This document shows positions 41,823 through 51,797 of a stretch of 64,000 nucleotides of DNA, in pieces (positions within the stretch are counted from its first letter, which is position 1; every line of letters begins with the position of its first letter). Under the pieces are notes generated by a model that ran no database searches, was not told the DNA's origin, and worked only from the letters and a program-made list of their open reading frames with translations. The translations under genes were made by a program, and so were the position numbers. This DNA comes from Collinsella sp. UBA6357 (GTDB lineage: Bacteria > Actinomycetota > Coriobacteriia > Coriobacteriales > Coriobacteriaceae), in the NCBI GenBank assembly GCA_002437815.1, contig DJRP01000028.1:41471-105470 (forward strand). Direction: 5' to 3'.

Positions 41823-42132
41823 CTTTCTTGTCCTCTGGCTCGTCTCATGGGCCGTTATCGCCTTCTTTCGCATCGCTCCCGCCTTCGCGCTCCGTGGACG
41901 TCCCCTGTCTCCGCGTGTGGTCGAAGCGCTCGGATACATCCCACCTGCGGCCTTCGCGGCACTTGTCGCCAACGATCTCGTGTCTCCCGGCGCCTTCTTC
42001 TCAGGTCTCTGGCCTGCGCTGCTGCCTTGGACCGCTGCGGCCTTTGTGATTGCTGTCGCCCTTAAGACCAGATCGATGCTGTGGTGCTGCGTGTCCGGTG
42101 TGGTCTGCTATGTGCTGCTGAGCATGATCTGA
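41809..42132 (+). CDS. azlD: AzlD-family small membrane protein
   Basis: 107 aa and hydrophobic. An AAAGGAGGA RBS precedes it, and it overlaps the azlC end by 14 nt. Confidence 0.75.
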   Translation: MPLRDFLVLWLVSWAVIAFFRIAPAFALRGRPLSPRVVEALGYIPPAAFAALVANDLVSPGAFFSGLWPALLPWTAAAFVIAVALKTRSMLWCCVSGVVCYVLLSMI

Positions 42133-42260
42133 CGCGAGCGCCTGGGCATCTGTGATTTTCGCACTCCGATGGTCTGTTGTTTCTGCTACCATAGTCAAAC
42201 TTTACTTAGGCAAAGCATGACGTGGTGTTTTGTACCACAGATGCGGAATTGGGGGATTCC

Positions 42261-43280
42261 ATGACAGAGACGACGGCTACCGAACGTAAACGATTCAAGG
42301 TTCCGCGTATCCCGGGCGATATCATGATCTATCCCATGATCGTGGGCCTGCTGCTCAACACGTTTTGTCCTCAGGTCTTTGAGATCGGCGGCTTCTTCAC
42401 GGCTGCCTGCCGCGGGGGTTCCAACACCATCGTCGCGGCGATTCTGCTCTTTGTGGGCGCCGGAATCTCGTTCAAGTCCACGCCGGGCGCCATCAAGACC
42501 GGAATCGTCGTCCTGATCCCTAAGCTCGTGGTGGCTGCCGCCCTCGGATTGGGTGTCGCGTACTTCTTTAACGATAACTTCCTGGGGCTGTCTTCGGTCT
42601 CCGTCATCGGTGGTATCACCTTCTGCAACATGGCGCTCTATACGGGCATCATGGGCGAATTCGGCGATGAGTCCGAGCAGGGCGCCGTCGGTATCCTGTT
42701 CTTTACTGCCGGTCCCGCCGTCACCATGATCATCCTGGGCGTCTCCGGCCTTGCGAATATTCCCGTCGGCACCATCATCGGCTCCATCTTGCCGCTCGTG
42801 ATCGGTATGGTGCTCGGCAATCTGTTTCCGTTCATCAAGAATCTGCTTGTCCCCGGCACGAATCCCGCGATCGCCGTCATCGGTTTCCAGCTCGGTGCCT
42901 CGATGAGCCTGTCGAGCTTTATCACGGGCGGTATCTCGGGCATCTTGCTCGGCCTCATCACGTTGTTTGTGGTCGGACCCATCACGTTCGCCTTTGAGCG
43001 CCTGTGCGGCGGTAACGGCAAGGCGGCCGTCGCCTGTTCCACCATTGCCGGCACGGCTATGACCACGCCGGTGGCCCTTGCCGAGGTTGCCCCGCGTTAT
43101 GCCGAGCTCGCGCCCACGGCGTATGCCCAGATCGCAACCGCCGTCATCATCACGGCCGTCGCGGCACCTATCCTTACCGGCTGGGTCGACAAGAAGTTCT
43201 GCCGCGGCAAGGAGGATCTCTCCGTTCCTGGTATCGAGGCTATCGAGGAGTCCGTCGCCAGGGACGTTGACGGCGAATAG
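42261..43280 (+). CDS. kdgT: 2-keto-3-deoxygluconate permease (KdgT) family transporter
   Basis: FKVPRIPGDIMIYPMIVGLLLNTFCP...ILLFVGAGISF is the typical KdgT N-terminus. The start is ATG 42261. Confidence 0.75.
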   Translation: MTETTATERKRFKVPRIPGDIMIYPMIVGLLLNTFCPQVFEIGGFFTAACRGGSNTIVAAILLFVGAGISFKSTPGAIKTGIVVLIPKLVVAAALGLGVAYFFNDNFLGLSSVSVIGGITFCNMALYTGIMGEFGDESEQGAVGILFFTAGPAVTMIILGVSGLANIPVGTIIGSILPLVIGMVLGNLFPFIKNLLVPGTNPAIAVIGFQLGASMSLSSFITGGISGILLGLITLFVVGPITFAFERLCGGNGKAAVACSTIAGTAMTTPVALAEVAPRYAELAPTAYAQIATAVIITAVAAPILTGWVDKKFCRGKEDLSVPGIEAIEESVARDVDGE

Positions 43281-43305
43281 GTTGTCGTATCTCGTTAAAC
43301 GTATA

Positions 43306-43345
43306 CCGCCCGCCCGCTGCCTGCGCAGGGGACGGGCGGTTTTTT
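43306..43345 (+). terminator. Rho-independent terminator after kdgT
   Basis: CCGCCCG (43306-12) pairs with CGGGCGG (43333-39), with inner CCC/GGG and CTGC/GCAG pairs. TTTTTT follows at 43340-45. Confidence 0.8.
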
Positions 43346-43393
43346 GTCTGCGGTATCGAGTTTGCGTGGGCGGCAACGCCTGGCTTGCACGAT

Positions 43394-44335
43394 CTAGCTA
43401 ATGGAGCGTCGCGGACGGTTGACGATGACGATGCCCGCGCATACCAGCACAAGCGCAGCCGCGACGACAAACGGGCTGGTACCCGCGCCCTCGCCGAGCA
43501 GGACCGCAGATAGCATCACGCCAAACACGGGATTCATGAAGCCGAAGACGCTCACACGGCTTACCGGGTTGACGCGCAGCAGACATGACCACAGCGAATA
43601 TGCCACCGCGGAGATAAAGGCCATGTAGGTCAGGAGCGCGGTGGCGGGCAGAGGCTTGGCCGGGGTCAGATGTCCGCCAGTCGCCAGGGCGATGCCGGTG
43701 AGTACGATGCCTCCAACAAAAAACTGCCATCCCGAGAGCAAGACCCCGTTGTGATCACGCGAAAAGATGCCGATCAGGCAGGTCGACAGGGCACCGGCCA
43801 CGGTTGAAGCCAGAATCAGACCCTCGCCGTCGAGCGCAAAGCCGAAGGTACCCGAGCTGCCGCTCAGGTTGACGAGTGCAACGCCGGCAAAGCCGACGAC
43901 GCATCCCGCGATCTTAGTGGCATCGAGCTTCTCGGTTCGAAAGAGCAGTGCGGCGAAGAGAATCGCCAAGAAGTTTGCGCTCGCTTCGATAATGGAGCTC
44001 GACATGGCGCTCGCCTTGGATAGGCCAAGGTAGAAGAACAGGTATTGGCCGATCGTCTGAAAAAGCGAGAGGATGCAGATGGGCCTGAGGTCGCGGCGTG
44101 CGGGCACCAGGGCGCGGCGCTGCGCGAGGCTCATCCCCACGATGACGAGGATGCCCGCGAGCGTGAAGCGCAGTCCCGCAAAGAGAAGCTGCGACGCGCT
44201 GTCGTCAGCGGCGATACCAAAGAGCGCATATCCGATTTTGATGCAGGGGAACGCCGATCCCCATAAGGCGCAGCAGATCAAGCAACCCAGCACGAGCCCT
44301 GTCGTGGTGGCAAAAAACGGTGTACGGCGTTGCAT
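43394..44335 (-). CDS. DMT-superfamily (EamA-like) transporter
   Basis: It is a ten-TM-like duplicated EamA pattern with ALWGSAFPCIK. A GGAAGGA RBS precedes ATG 44335. Confidence 0.75.
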   Translation of the reverse strand: MQRRTPFFATTTGLVLGCLICCALWGSAFPCIKIGYALFGIAADDSASQLLFAGLRFTLAGILVIVGMSLAQRRALVPARRDLRPICILSLFQTIGQYLFFYLGLSKASAMSSSIIEASANFLAILFAALLFRTEKLDATKIAGCVVGFAGVALVNLSGSSGTFGFALDGEGLILASTVAGALSTCLIGIFSRDHNGVLLSGWQFFVGGIVLTGIALATGGHLTPAKPLPATALLTYMAFISAVAYSLWSCLLRVNPVSRVSVFGFMNPVFGVMLSAVLLGEGAGTSPFVVAAALVLVCAGIVIVNRPRRSIS

Positions 44336-44435
44336 GGTGTCCTTCCGGTCGACTGACGGCATGAAAAGCGCCCGCCGTCGACGTGTGCGACGGCGGGCGC
44401 ATGACCCGTGGGGATTGTACCGCGAGCGGAGAGCT

Positions 44436-47400
44436 TTAGGCGAAGTACGCCACGCCGCTCTCGAAGATCGGCATGAACTTATCGCCGGCGACATGCTCCG
44501 GCACGTTCATGTAGAGGTTGTCGCCGCGCCGCTCGGCGTGGCCCATCTTGCCAAAGACGCGACCGTCAGGGCTCGTGATACCTTCGATGGCAAGCGCGGA
44601 GCCGTTGGGGTTGACGGCGAGGTCCATGCTGGGCTTGCCGTCCTCGCCCACGTACTGCGTGGCGATCTGGCCGTTGTCGATCAGCTGCGCGAGCATCTCG
44701 TCGTTGGCGACAAAGCGGCCCTCGCCGTGGCTGATCGCGACAGTGTAGGGGTCGTCGAGGCTGCACTGCGAGAGCCAGGGGGAGAGGTTCGATGCGATGC
44801 GCGTGCGCACGAGGCGGCTCTGGTGGCGGCCGATGGTGTTGAAGGTGAGCGTGGGCGCATCGGGGGTGGCGTCGACGATGTCACCATAAGGGACGAGACC
44901 CAGCTTGATGAGCGCCTGGAAACCGTTGCAGATGCCGAGCATCAGGCCGTCACGTTTCTGCAGCAGCTCGCGCACGGCTTCGGTGACCTCGGGCGCGCGG
45001 AAGAACGCCGTGATGAACTTGGCGGAGCCGTCGGGCTCGTCGCCACCGGAGAAGCCGCCGGGGATCATGACGATCTGACTCTCGCTGATGCGGCGGGCGA
45101 GCTCATGGGTGCTCTCGGCGACAGCCTCGGGCGTGAGGTTGTTGATCACGAAGGTGTCGGCCGCGGCGCCGGCGGCACGGAAGGCGCGTGCGGTGTCGTA
45201 TTCGCAGTTGTTGCCCGGGAACACGGGAATGATCGCACGGGGTTTGGCGAAGTTCTCGCCGCTGTACACGTGGATGTCCTTGGTGCGGAAGTCGACCGCG
45301 GATACCTCCACGAGCGGCGTCTCCTCCGTCACCGAGCGATACGGGAACACGGGCTCGATGGCGCCCTCCCACGCGTCCTGAAGTTCGGCCAACTCGATGA
45401 CCTCGGAGCCGGTGTCGATCACATAGGCCTCGACGGTGGTGCCGAGCGGCTCGACGACGATGCCCTCGGCCTCTGGGAGCTCGGCATCTTCGGCGAGCTC
45501 GACGATAAAACTGCCGTAGAGCGGGCAGAAGAGGCTCTCGACGTCGACATCCTCGGCAAGCTCGATACCGATACCGTTGCCTACGCACATCTTGAACAGG
45601 CTCTCGGCACCACAGCCGTAGCCGGGCGTGGAGATGGCGAGGGCGGAGCCGGCAGCGGCGAGCGCCTCGACGGCATCGAGCGCGGCGATGAGCTGATGGG
45701 CGTCGGGACGATGGTCGTCAGCATAGGTCGCGGGCGCGATGCGCACCACGCGGTGCGCGAGCCCCTTGAACTCGGGAGAGACGGCACGGTCGGCGCGTCC
45801 GGTGGAGACGGCGAAGGAGACGAGGGTCGGCGGGACATCGATCTCGGTGTCGCCGAGCTCGAAGGAGCCGCTCATCGAGTCCTTGCCGCCGATGGCGCCG
45901 ACCTCGAGGTCGATCTGGGCATCGAGAGCGCCAAGCACGGCCGCGACGGGCTTGCCCCAGCGCTCGGGAATGTCACGCAGCCGCTCGAAGTACTCCTGGA
46001 AGGAGAGATAGGCGTTCTTGCGGCTAAAGCCAGCGGCCACGAGCTTCGAGACGGACTCGACGACGGAGAGGTAGGCGCCGGCGTACTGGTCGGCTTCCAT
46101 GAGGTAGGGATTGAAGCCCCAGGCCATGGCGCTCGCCGTGGTGGTCTCACCGTCCACGGGGAACTTCGCGACCATCGCCTCGCTCGGCGTGAGCTGGTTT
46201 TTGCCACCGAAGGGCATGAGCACCGTGGCGGCGCCGATGGTGGAGTCGAAGCGCTCGGAGAGGCCCTTGTTGGAGGCGACGTTGAGGTCGGTCACGAGCG
46301 ACGTCATGCGATCGGCCAGGGTCTCGCCCGCCCAAGAGGGCTGCCAGACGGAGCGTGCGACGGCATGCGCCTTCTGGTGCTTGGGCGCACCGTTGGAGTT
46401 GAGGAACGCGCGCGACAGGTCGACAATGGCGACGCCCATCCAGGCCATGCGCATGCGCGGCTCGGCGGTGACCTCGGCGATCACCGTGGCTTCGAGGTTC
46501 TCCTCGGCGGCGTAGCCCAAAAACTCCTCGACGTCCTCGTCGGCGACGGCGCAGGCCATGCGCTCCTGGGATTCGCTGATGGCGAGCTCGGTGCCGTCGA
46601 GACCGTCGTACTTCTTGGTCACGGTGTCAAGGTCGACATAGAGGCCGTCGGCAAGCTCGCCCACGGCGACCGAGACGCCGCCCGCGCCAAAGTCGTTGCA
46701 GCGCTTGATGAGGCGGCAGGCGTCACCGCGGCGGAAGAGCCTCTGGAGCTTGCGCTCGACGGGTGCGTTGCCCTTCTGGACCTCGGCACCCGACGTCTCG
46801 ATGGACTCGGTGTTCTGCGTCTTGGAGGAGCCGGTGGCGCCGCCGATGCCATCGCGGCCGGTGCGGCCGCCGAGCAGGATGATCTTGTCGGTGGGGGCGG
46901 GGCACTCGCGGCGCACGTGATCGGCCGGGGTGGCACCCACCACGGCGCCGACCTCCATGCGCTTGGCGGTGTAGCCGGGGTGGTAGAGCTCGTTGACCTG
47001 GCCGGTCGCGAGTCCGATCTGGTTGCCGTAGCTCGCGTAGCCTGCGGCGGCCGTCGTCACGATCTTGCGCTGGGGGAGCTTCCCCTCGAGCGTCTCGGCG
47101 ACGGGCACGGTGGGGTCGGAGGCGCCGGTCACGCGCATGGCCTGGTAGACGTAGCTGCGGCCCGAGAGCGGGTCGCGGATCGCGCCGCCGATGCACGTGG
47201 CGGCGCCACCGAACGGTTCGATCTCGGTGGGGTGGTTGTGCGTCTCGTTCTTAAAGAGGAACAACCAGTCCTGGTCCTCGCCGTCCACGTCGACCTTGAC
47301 CTTGACGGTGCAGGCGTTGATCTCCTCGGACTCGTCGAGACCCGTGAGCTTGCCGGTCTTCTTGAGATACTTGGCGCCGATGGTGCCCATGTCCATGAGG

Positions 47401-48188
47401 CAGACGGGCTTCTCGTCGCGGCCAAGCTCATGGCGCATGGCCATGTAACGGTCGAATGCGGCCTGGACGGTTGCGTCATCGATCTTCACATCGTCGAGCA
47501 CGGTGCCGAAGGTCGTGTGGCGGCAGTGGTCGGACCAGTAGGTGTCGATCACACGGATCTCGGTGATGGTGGGGTCGCGGTCCTCATCGCGGAAATATTG
47601 CTGACAGAAGGCGATATCCGCCTCGTCCATGGCGAGGCCGCGCTCGGCGATGAAAGCGGCGAGCGCGGCTCCATCGAGCTCGCGGAAACCTTCGAGCACC
47701 TCGACGGGCTGAGGCTCCGGGGTATCGACCTTAAGCGTTTTGGGCTTCTCGAGCGACGCGATGCGTGCCTCGACGGGGTTCACCACGTAGTGCTTGACGG
47801 TTTCGATGTCATCGTCTGTGAGCGCGCCCTCGAGGATATAGACCTTGGCGGAGCGAACATCGGGACGCTCGCCCTGCGAGATGAGCTGCACGCACTCGCT
47901 CGCGGAGTCGGCGCGCTGGTCGAACTGCCCGGGCAGGAACTCGACGGCGAAGACGGTGCCGTCGGTCGCGGGGAGCTCGTCGTAGGTCACATCGACCTGG
48001 GGCTCGCTGAAGACGGTGGGTACGCAGGAGCGGAAGAGCTCTTGCGTGATGCCCTCGACGTCATAGCGGTTGATGATCCTCAGGGTCTCGATGCCCTTGA
48101 TGCCGAGGATCTCGGCGAGCTCGCCTTTGAGCTGCTGAGCCTCGACGTCGAACCCGGGTTTCTTCTCCACGTAGATACGAGAGACCAT
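44436..48188 (-). CDS. purL: Phosphoribosylformylglycinamidine synthase, single-chain large PurL
   Basis: 1250 aa from ATG 48188 (AAGGAAGG RBS). It contains the N-terminal PurS-like domain, the FGAM synthetase core and the C-terminal glutaminase (GICNGFQAL, ISHGEGRF). Confidence 0.95.
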   Translation of the reverse strand: MVSRIYVEKKPGFDVEAQQLKGELAEILGIKGIETLRIINRYDVEGITQELFRSCVPTVFSEPQVDVTYDELPATDGTVFAVEFLPGQFDQRADSASECVQLISQGERPDVRSAKVYILEGALTDDDIETVKHYVVNPVEARIASLEKPKTLKVDTPEPQPVEVLEGFRELDGAALAAFIAERGLAMDEADIAFCQQYFRDEDRDPTITEIRVIDTYWSDHCRHTTFGTVLDDVKIDDATVQAAFDRYMAMRHELGRDEKPVCLMDMGTIGAKYLKKTGKLTGLDESEEINACTVKVKVDVDGEDQDWLFLFKNETHNHPTEIEPFGGAATCIGGAIRDPLSGRSYVYQAMRVTGASDPTVPVAETLEGKLPQRKIVTTAAAGYASYGNQIGLATGQVNELYHPGYTAKRMEVGAVVGATPADHVRRECPAPTDKIILLGGRTGRDGIGGATGSSKTQNTESIETSGAEVQKGNAPVERKLQRLFRRGDACRLIKRCNDFGAGGVSVAVGELADGLYVDLDTVTKKYDGLDGTELAISESQERMACAVADEDVEEFLGYAAEENLEATVIAEVTAEPRMRMAWMGVAIVDLSRAFLNSNGAPKHQKAHAVARSVWQPSWAGETLADRMTSLVTDLNVASNKGLSERFDSTIGAATVLMPFGGKNQLTPSEAMVAKFPVDGETTTASAMAWGFNPYLMEADQYAGAYLSVVESVSKLVAAGFSRKNAYLSFQEYFERLRDIPERWGKPVAAVLGALDAQIDLEVGAIGGKDSMSGSFELGDTEIDVPPTLVSFAVSTGRADRAVSPEFKGLAHRVVRIAPATYADDHRPDAHQLIAALDAVEALAAAGSALAISTPGYGCGAESLFKMCVGNGIGIELAEDVDVESLFCPLYGSFIVELAEDAELPEAEGIVVEPLGTTVEAYVIDTGSEVIELAELQDAWEGAIEPVFPYRSVTEETPLVEVSAVDFRTKDIHVYSGENFAKPRAIIPVFPGNNCEYDTARAFRAAGAAADTFVINNLTPEAVAESTHELARRISESQIVMIPGGFSGGDEPDGSAKFITAFFRAPEVTEAVRELLQKRDGLMLGICNGFQALIKLGLVPYGDIVDATPDAPTLTFNTIGRHQSRLVRTRIASNLSPWLSQCSLDDPYTVAISHGEGRFVANDEMLAQLIDNGQIATQYVGEDGKPSMDLAVNPNGSALAIEGITSPDGRVFGKMGHAERRGDNLYMNVPEHVAGDKFMPIFESGVAYFA

Positions 48189-48375
48189 TGGTTCCTGCCT
48201 TCCTTGTCGGCCATTCGGTCGTCGTCGCCTGCGGCGGCGGTCGGTGTGCGCGGGCAGGGCCCGGCTGCCGCCTTCAGCCGCATGGTTGATAAACTCCAAT
48301 ATGATACGACAGGGCGCGGGCGCCGCGAGCCATCGCGGGTGCTAGAGTGGGGCGTTAACAAGAGAAAGGCATCCT

Positions 48376-49947
48376 ATGGCATTCGTTTCACTCGCCGTCA
48401 TCGCGCTTGTAGCCTTCGCGAGCCCCTTCATCGCAACGGCCATTCCTGGCAAGCCCGTCCCCGAGACCGTCTTTTTGTTGATTTTCGGTGCGGTGCTTGG
48501 GCCGCACATGGCTGGTATCATCCACGTGGATGTCGAAGTCTCGCTCGTCTCCGAGCTCGGTCTGGCATTCCTCTTCTTGCTTGCCGGTTTCGAGATCGAC
48601 CCCAAGAACATCACGGGAGCCGAGGGCCGCTACGGGCTGGGCACCTGGGTTGTCACCTTCGGCATCGCCTGGCTTGCCGTGCGCTTCACACCGTGGTTCT
48701 CGGTCAGCCATTTCGACGGCATCGCCGTTACGTTGGCGCTCACCTCGACGGCGCTCGGTACGCTGGTGCCCATCCTGCGCGAGCGCTCACTTATCGGCAC
48801 GCGCGTGGGCGACTCGATCCTAGCGTATGGCACCTGGGGCGAGCTGGGGCCGGTGCTCGCCATGTCCGTGCTGCTCTCGGCCCGCACGGGAATCGAGACG
48901 CTCGTCGTCCTCGGGATCTTCCTTGCCGCCTGCGTCGTGCTCGCGGTGGTACCGGGGCGCTCCAAGCGCGCGGGACACCGCTTCTTCGCTTTTGTCGAGG
49001 AGCGCGCGAACACCACGTCACAGACGTTCGTGCGGCTCACGGTGCTCATTCTCGTTGTGCTCGTGGCCCTCTCGGCCGTCTTCGATCTCGATATCGTGCT
49101 TGGCGCCTTCGCGGCCGGTTTCGTGCTTCGCTATATCATCCCGCAAGGCGACCACACGCTCGAGACCAAGCTTGACGGCCTCGCCTACGGTTTTCTGATC
49201 CCGGTGTTCTTCACCGTCTCGGGTGCCAAGATCGACCTCACAGTCGTCGCTTCCAAGCCGGTCATGCTCGTGGGCTTCATCGTGGCGCTGCTGCTCGTGC
49301 GCGCCGTGCCCATCATCGTTTCCATGCGCGTGTGCCCCGTCACGCGCGACGTCACCATGCACGGTCGCGTCACCGTGGCGCTCTATTGCACCACGGCACT
49401 GCCCATCATCGTCGCCGTTACGAGTGTGGCCGTGAATGCCGGGGCGCTCTCGCAGGCGACGGCATCAGTCATGGTGGCGGCCGGTGCCGTCACCGTCTTT
49501 CTCATGCCGTTCTTGGCGCAGCTCACCTATCGCGTGGTCGACGCCAAGCCCGCCGAGGCGGTGGCGGAGGTCGTCGAGCACCCGGGGGACGCCGTGCGGA
49601 TCCTGCAGGCGCATCATGACCTCGCGCGCCTGTTGGCCCGCGAGCACAAGCTGTTGACCTCGCACGGTTTCGGTCGCGAATATGACGGCGTGCCCACGCT
49701 CGATGCAATCGCCGAGCATCTTTCGGACGAGGCTGTGGCAGAGGGCGCGCGCCGCATCGACGAGCGTATCGTCCATGCGGCGCACCAGCTCGCCGAGAAG
49801 ACCTACGGCGACGAGGTCGACCTTGAGGGACTTACGGCTCGCGAGCGCCGCCGCCTCGAGCGCGCCCAGCTCGCGGTACGCGAATACCGCCGCCGCATGG
49901 AGGAGCTGTACCGTCAGGAGGATGCCAAGGGCCCCGTTGACCGCTAA
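48376..49947 (+). CDS. Cation:proton antiporter (CPA2-like) with a ~120-aa cytoplasmic C-terminal tail
   Basis: LIFGAVLGPH...ELGLAFLFLLAGFEID matches the Na_H_exchanger pattern, with about 11-12 TM segments. Confidence 0.75.
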   Translation: MAFVSLAVIALVAFASPFIATAIPGKPVPETVFLLIFGAVLGPHMAGIIHVDVEVSLVSELGLAFLFLLAGFEIDPKNITGAEGRYGLGTWVVTFGIAWLAVRFTPWFSVSHFDGIAVTLALTSTALGTLVPILRERSLIGTRVGDSILAYGTWGELGPVLAMSVLLSARTGIETLVVLGIFLAACVVLAVVPGRSKRAGHRFFAFVEERANTTSQTFVRLTVLILVVLVALSAVFDLDIVLGAFAAGFVLRYIIPQGDHTLETKLDGLAYGFLIPVFFTVSGAKIDLTVVASKPVMLVGFIVALLLVRAVPIIVSMRVCPVTRDVTMHGRVTVALYCTTALPIIVAVTSVAVNAGALSQATASVMVAAGAVTVFLMPFLAQLTYRVVDAKPAEAVAEVVEHPGDAVRILQAHHDLARLLAREHKLLTSHGFGREYDGVPTLDAIAEHLSDEAVAEGARRIDERIVHAAHQLAEKTYGDEVDLEGLTARERRRLERAQLAVREYRRRMEELYRQEDAKGPVDR

Positions 49948-49975
49948 CTGGCGACAGAAGCCGCATCGTCCTTAA

Positions 49976-50098
49976 GCAAGTGAGTGGACTTTTTGGAGCC
50001 AGCCGAGTATGGTTCACATTCTATTTGACGTTTCCGCAGGTAGGGACGTTTCTATATCTCGGCTTATTCGAGACATTGCGAATAGTCCACTCACTTGC
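49976..50098. repeat. Long-hairpin element copy C (123 bp), opposite orientation, different outer stem
   Basis: Terminal inverted repeats are GCAAGTGAGTGGACT (49976-90) and AGTCCACTCACTTGC (50084-98). Inner arms are GCCGAGTAT / TATATCTCGGC. The centre TTTCCGCAGGT (50031-41) is the reverse complement of the A/B centre ACCTGCGGAAA. It lies 28 nt downstream of the antiporter stop. Confidence 0.8.
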
Positions 50099-50120
50099 AT
50101 AGGAAGACTGCCCAAAGGAC

Positions 50121-50162
50121 GCAAAAGAGGGCGCCGCATCGCAACCATGCGATGCGGCGCCC
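50121..50162 (-). terminator. Rho-independent terminator of hom
   Basis: A perfect 15-bp stem GGGCGCCGCATCGCA (50129-43) / TGCGATGCGGCGCCC (50148-62). The minus-strand reading is followed by CTCTTTTGC. Confidence 0.8.
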
Positions 50163-50193
50163 CTTTCGCGTCGGTTCTGTGGCGAGGAGCTCG

Positions 50194-51537
50194 CTAGTTG
50201 GCCATCACGCCGTCGGTCCAGGCCTCGACGTTCTCGATGCGCAGGACGTTGGCGACCTCGGCCACGCAATCCGCATCGGCGAGCTCGGCGGCCGCGGCCT
50301 GGATGTTCTTCTCGAGCGCGCGGTGCGTCAGGAAGATGACCGAGCAGGTGTCCGACACGCCGCTCTTGCCGTCCTCGACCTGGTTGATCAGGCTGATCGA
50401 GATGTCGTGCTTCGCAAAGACGTCGACGGTCTCGGAGAGCGCGCCCACGCGATCGGCGACCTTCAGACGCACATAGTATTTGGTCTCGAGCTCGTCCATC
50501 GGCTTGAAGGCGAGGTTGTGGCCGAAAGGCTCGCTTTCGGGCAACGGTGCCACGCCGCGGCTGATCGTCTCGGAAAGCGACAGGATGTCGCCGACGACGG
50601 CGCTCGCGGTGGGGAAGGAGCCCGCGCCCGCGCCGTAGAACATGGTCTCGCCCACGGCGTCGCCCACCACGTAGACGGCGTTCATGGCGCCGTTGACCTT
50701 GGCAAGCATGTGGTCGGCCGGGATGAGCGTGGGATGCACGCGCACATCGACGCCATCCGCGGTGTTGCGGGCGATGCCGAGCAGCTTGATGGTGTATCCG
50801 AGGTCGTGTGCCTGCGCGATGTCCTCGGCCGCGATGGTGCGGATGCCCTGCTGGTAGACATCGTCGGTCGTCACGCGCGTACCGAAGCCGATGGAGGCCA
50901 GGATCGCCGTCTTGCTCGCGGCGTCGAAGCCGTCAACGTCGGCCGAGGGGTCGGCCTCGGCGTAGCCCTTGGCCTGCGCGTCGGCGAGCACGTCGGCGTA
51001 GTCGGCACCCTCGGCGTCCATGCGCGAGAGGATGTAGTTGGTGGTGCCGTTCAAGATGCCGGCGATGGTGAGGATCTTGTTGCCCACGAGGTCGTGCTCG
51101 AGCGTGCTCACGATGGGGATGCCGCCGCCGCAGCTCGCCTCGCACTTGAGCTGCACGCCGCACTCGCGCGCCTTGGCGGCGAGCGTTTCGACGTGGCGGC
51201 CGAGCAGCGCCTTGTTGGCGGAAACGACATGCTTGCCGTTCTCGAACGCTGCGTTGAAGATCTCGGTCGCCGGGTGCTCGCCACCGATGAGCTCGACGAC
51301 GATATCGACCTCGGGGTCGGTCACGACGTCGTGCCAGTCCGAGGTGAACGCCTCGCGCTCAACGCCGGCGGCCTCGGCCTGCTCCCAGGCGAGCGCGCAG
51401 GCGCGCGTCAGCTTGAGATCGATGCCGTATGCGGCGAGGTATTCATCATGATGGCTCTTGATAAGACGGGCGACGCCGCCGCCGACGGTACCCAAGCCAA
51501 TGAGGCCGACGTGTACGGTGCGCAGATTCTCTGCCAT
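50194..51537 (-). CDS. hom: Homoserine dehydrogenase (with a C-terminal ACT domain)
   Basis: VGLIGLGTVGGGV, ANKALL, GILNGTTNYIL and GYAEADPS.DV.G.DAA.K are present. An AAGGAG RBS precedes ATG 51537. Confidence 0.9.
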   Translation of the reverse strand: MAENLRTVHVGLIGLGTVGGGVARLIKSHHDEYLAAYGIDLKLTRACALAWEQAEAAGVEREAFTSDWHDVVTDPEVDIVVELIGGEHPATEIFNAAFENGKHVVSANKALLGRHVETLAAKARECGVQLKCEASCGGGIPIVSTLEHDLVGNKILTIAGILNGTTNYILSRMDAEGADYADVLADAQAKGYAEADPSADVDGFDAASKTAILASIGFGTRVTTDDVYQQGIRTIAAEDIAQAHDLGYTIKLLGIARNTADGVDVRVHPTLIPADHMLAKVNGAMNAVYVVGDAVGETMFYGAGAGSFPTASAVVGDILSLSETISRGVAPLPESEPFGHNLAFKPMDELETKYYVRLKVADRVGALSETVDVFAKHDISISLINQVEDGKSGVSDTCSVIFLTHRALEKNIQAAAAELADADCVAEVANVLRIENVEAWTDGVMAN

Positions 51538-51797
51538 GGGGTGCTCCTTTGCGAAAATCCGGATGGATCGGGTGCTGATGGATAAGGTTGTACGCATTCT
51601 AGCGTGAACACGGACCCCGGGCACGCCCCGCTTTGGAATAGACGGGCAGCCACCCCTGAAATGCTGCGGAAATATTGGAAACACGCTGGTTACATGCGCT
51701 GCCGCGTAACAAATCGTTCACGTTTGCCCCATAGCATCTCTCGATGTACCGCACAAAGGCCGCGCTACTTGCTCGGCCCCGACGGATGGGGGATACC

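Noticed and set aside
48189-48375. A possible ZTP (pfl) or other purine riboswitch in the purL leader on the minus strand.
   Set aside because: I read the reverse complement and could not find the conserved ZTP elements (GGGTCGTGAC...CCGGGCGG and the 3-prime CCGCCTGGGC) or a terminator. The region is only generic GC-rich sequence.
44073-49175. A 1700-aa ORF on the plus strand, the largest in the track.
   Set aside because: It runs antisense to purL, whose product is unmistakable. It then continues in a wrong frame across the antiporter gene. Its translation is low-complexity A/G/R/V/D-rich with no motifs. This is a typical stop-codon-poor shadow frame in high-GC DNA.
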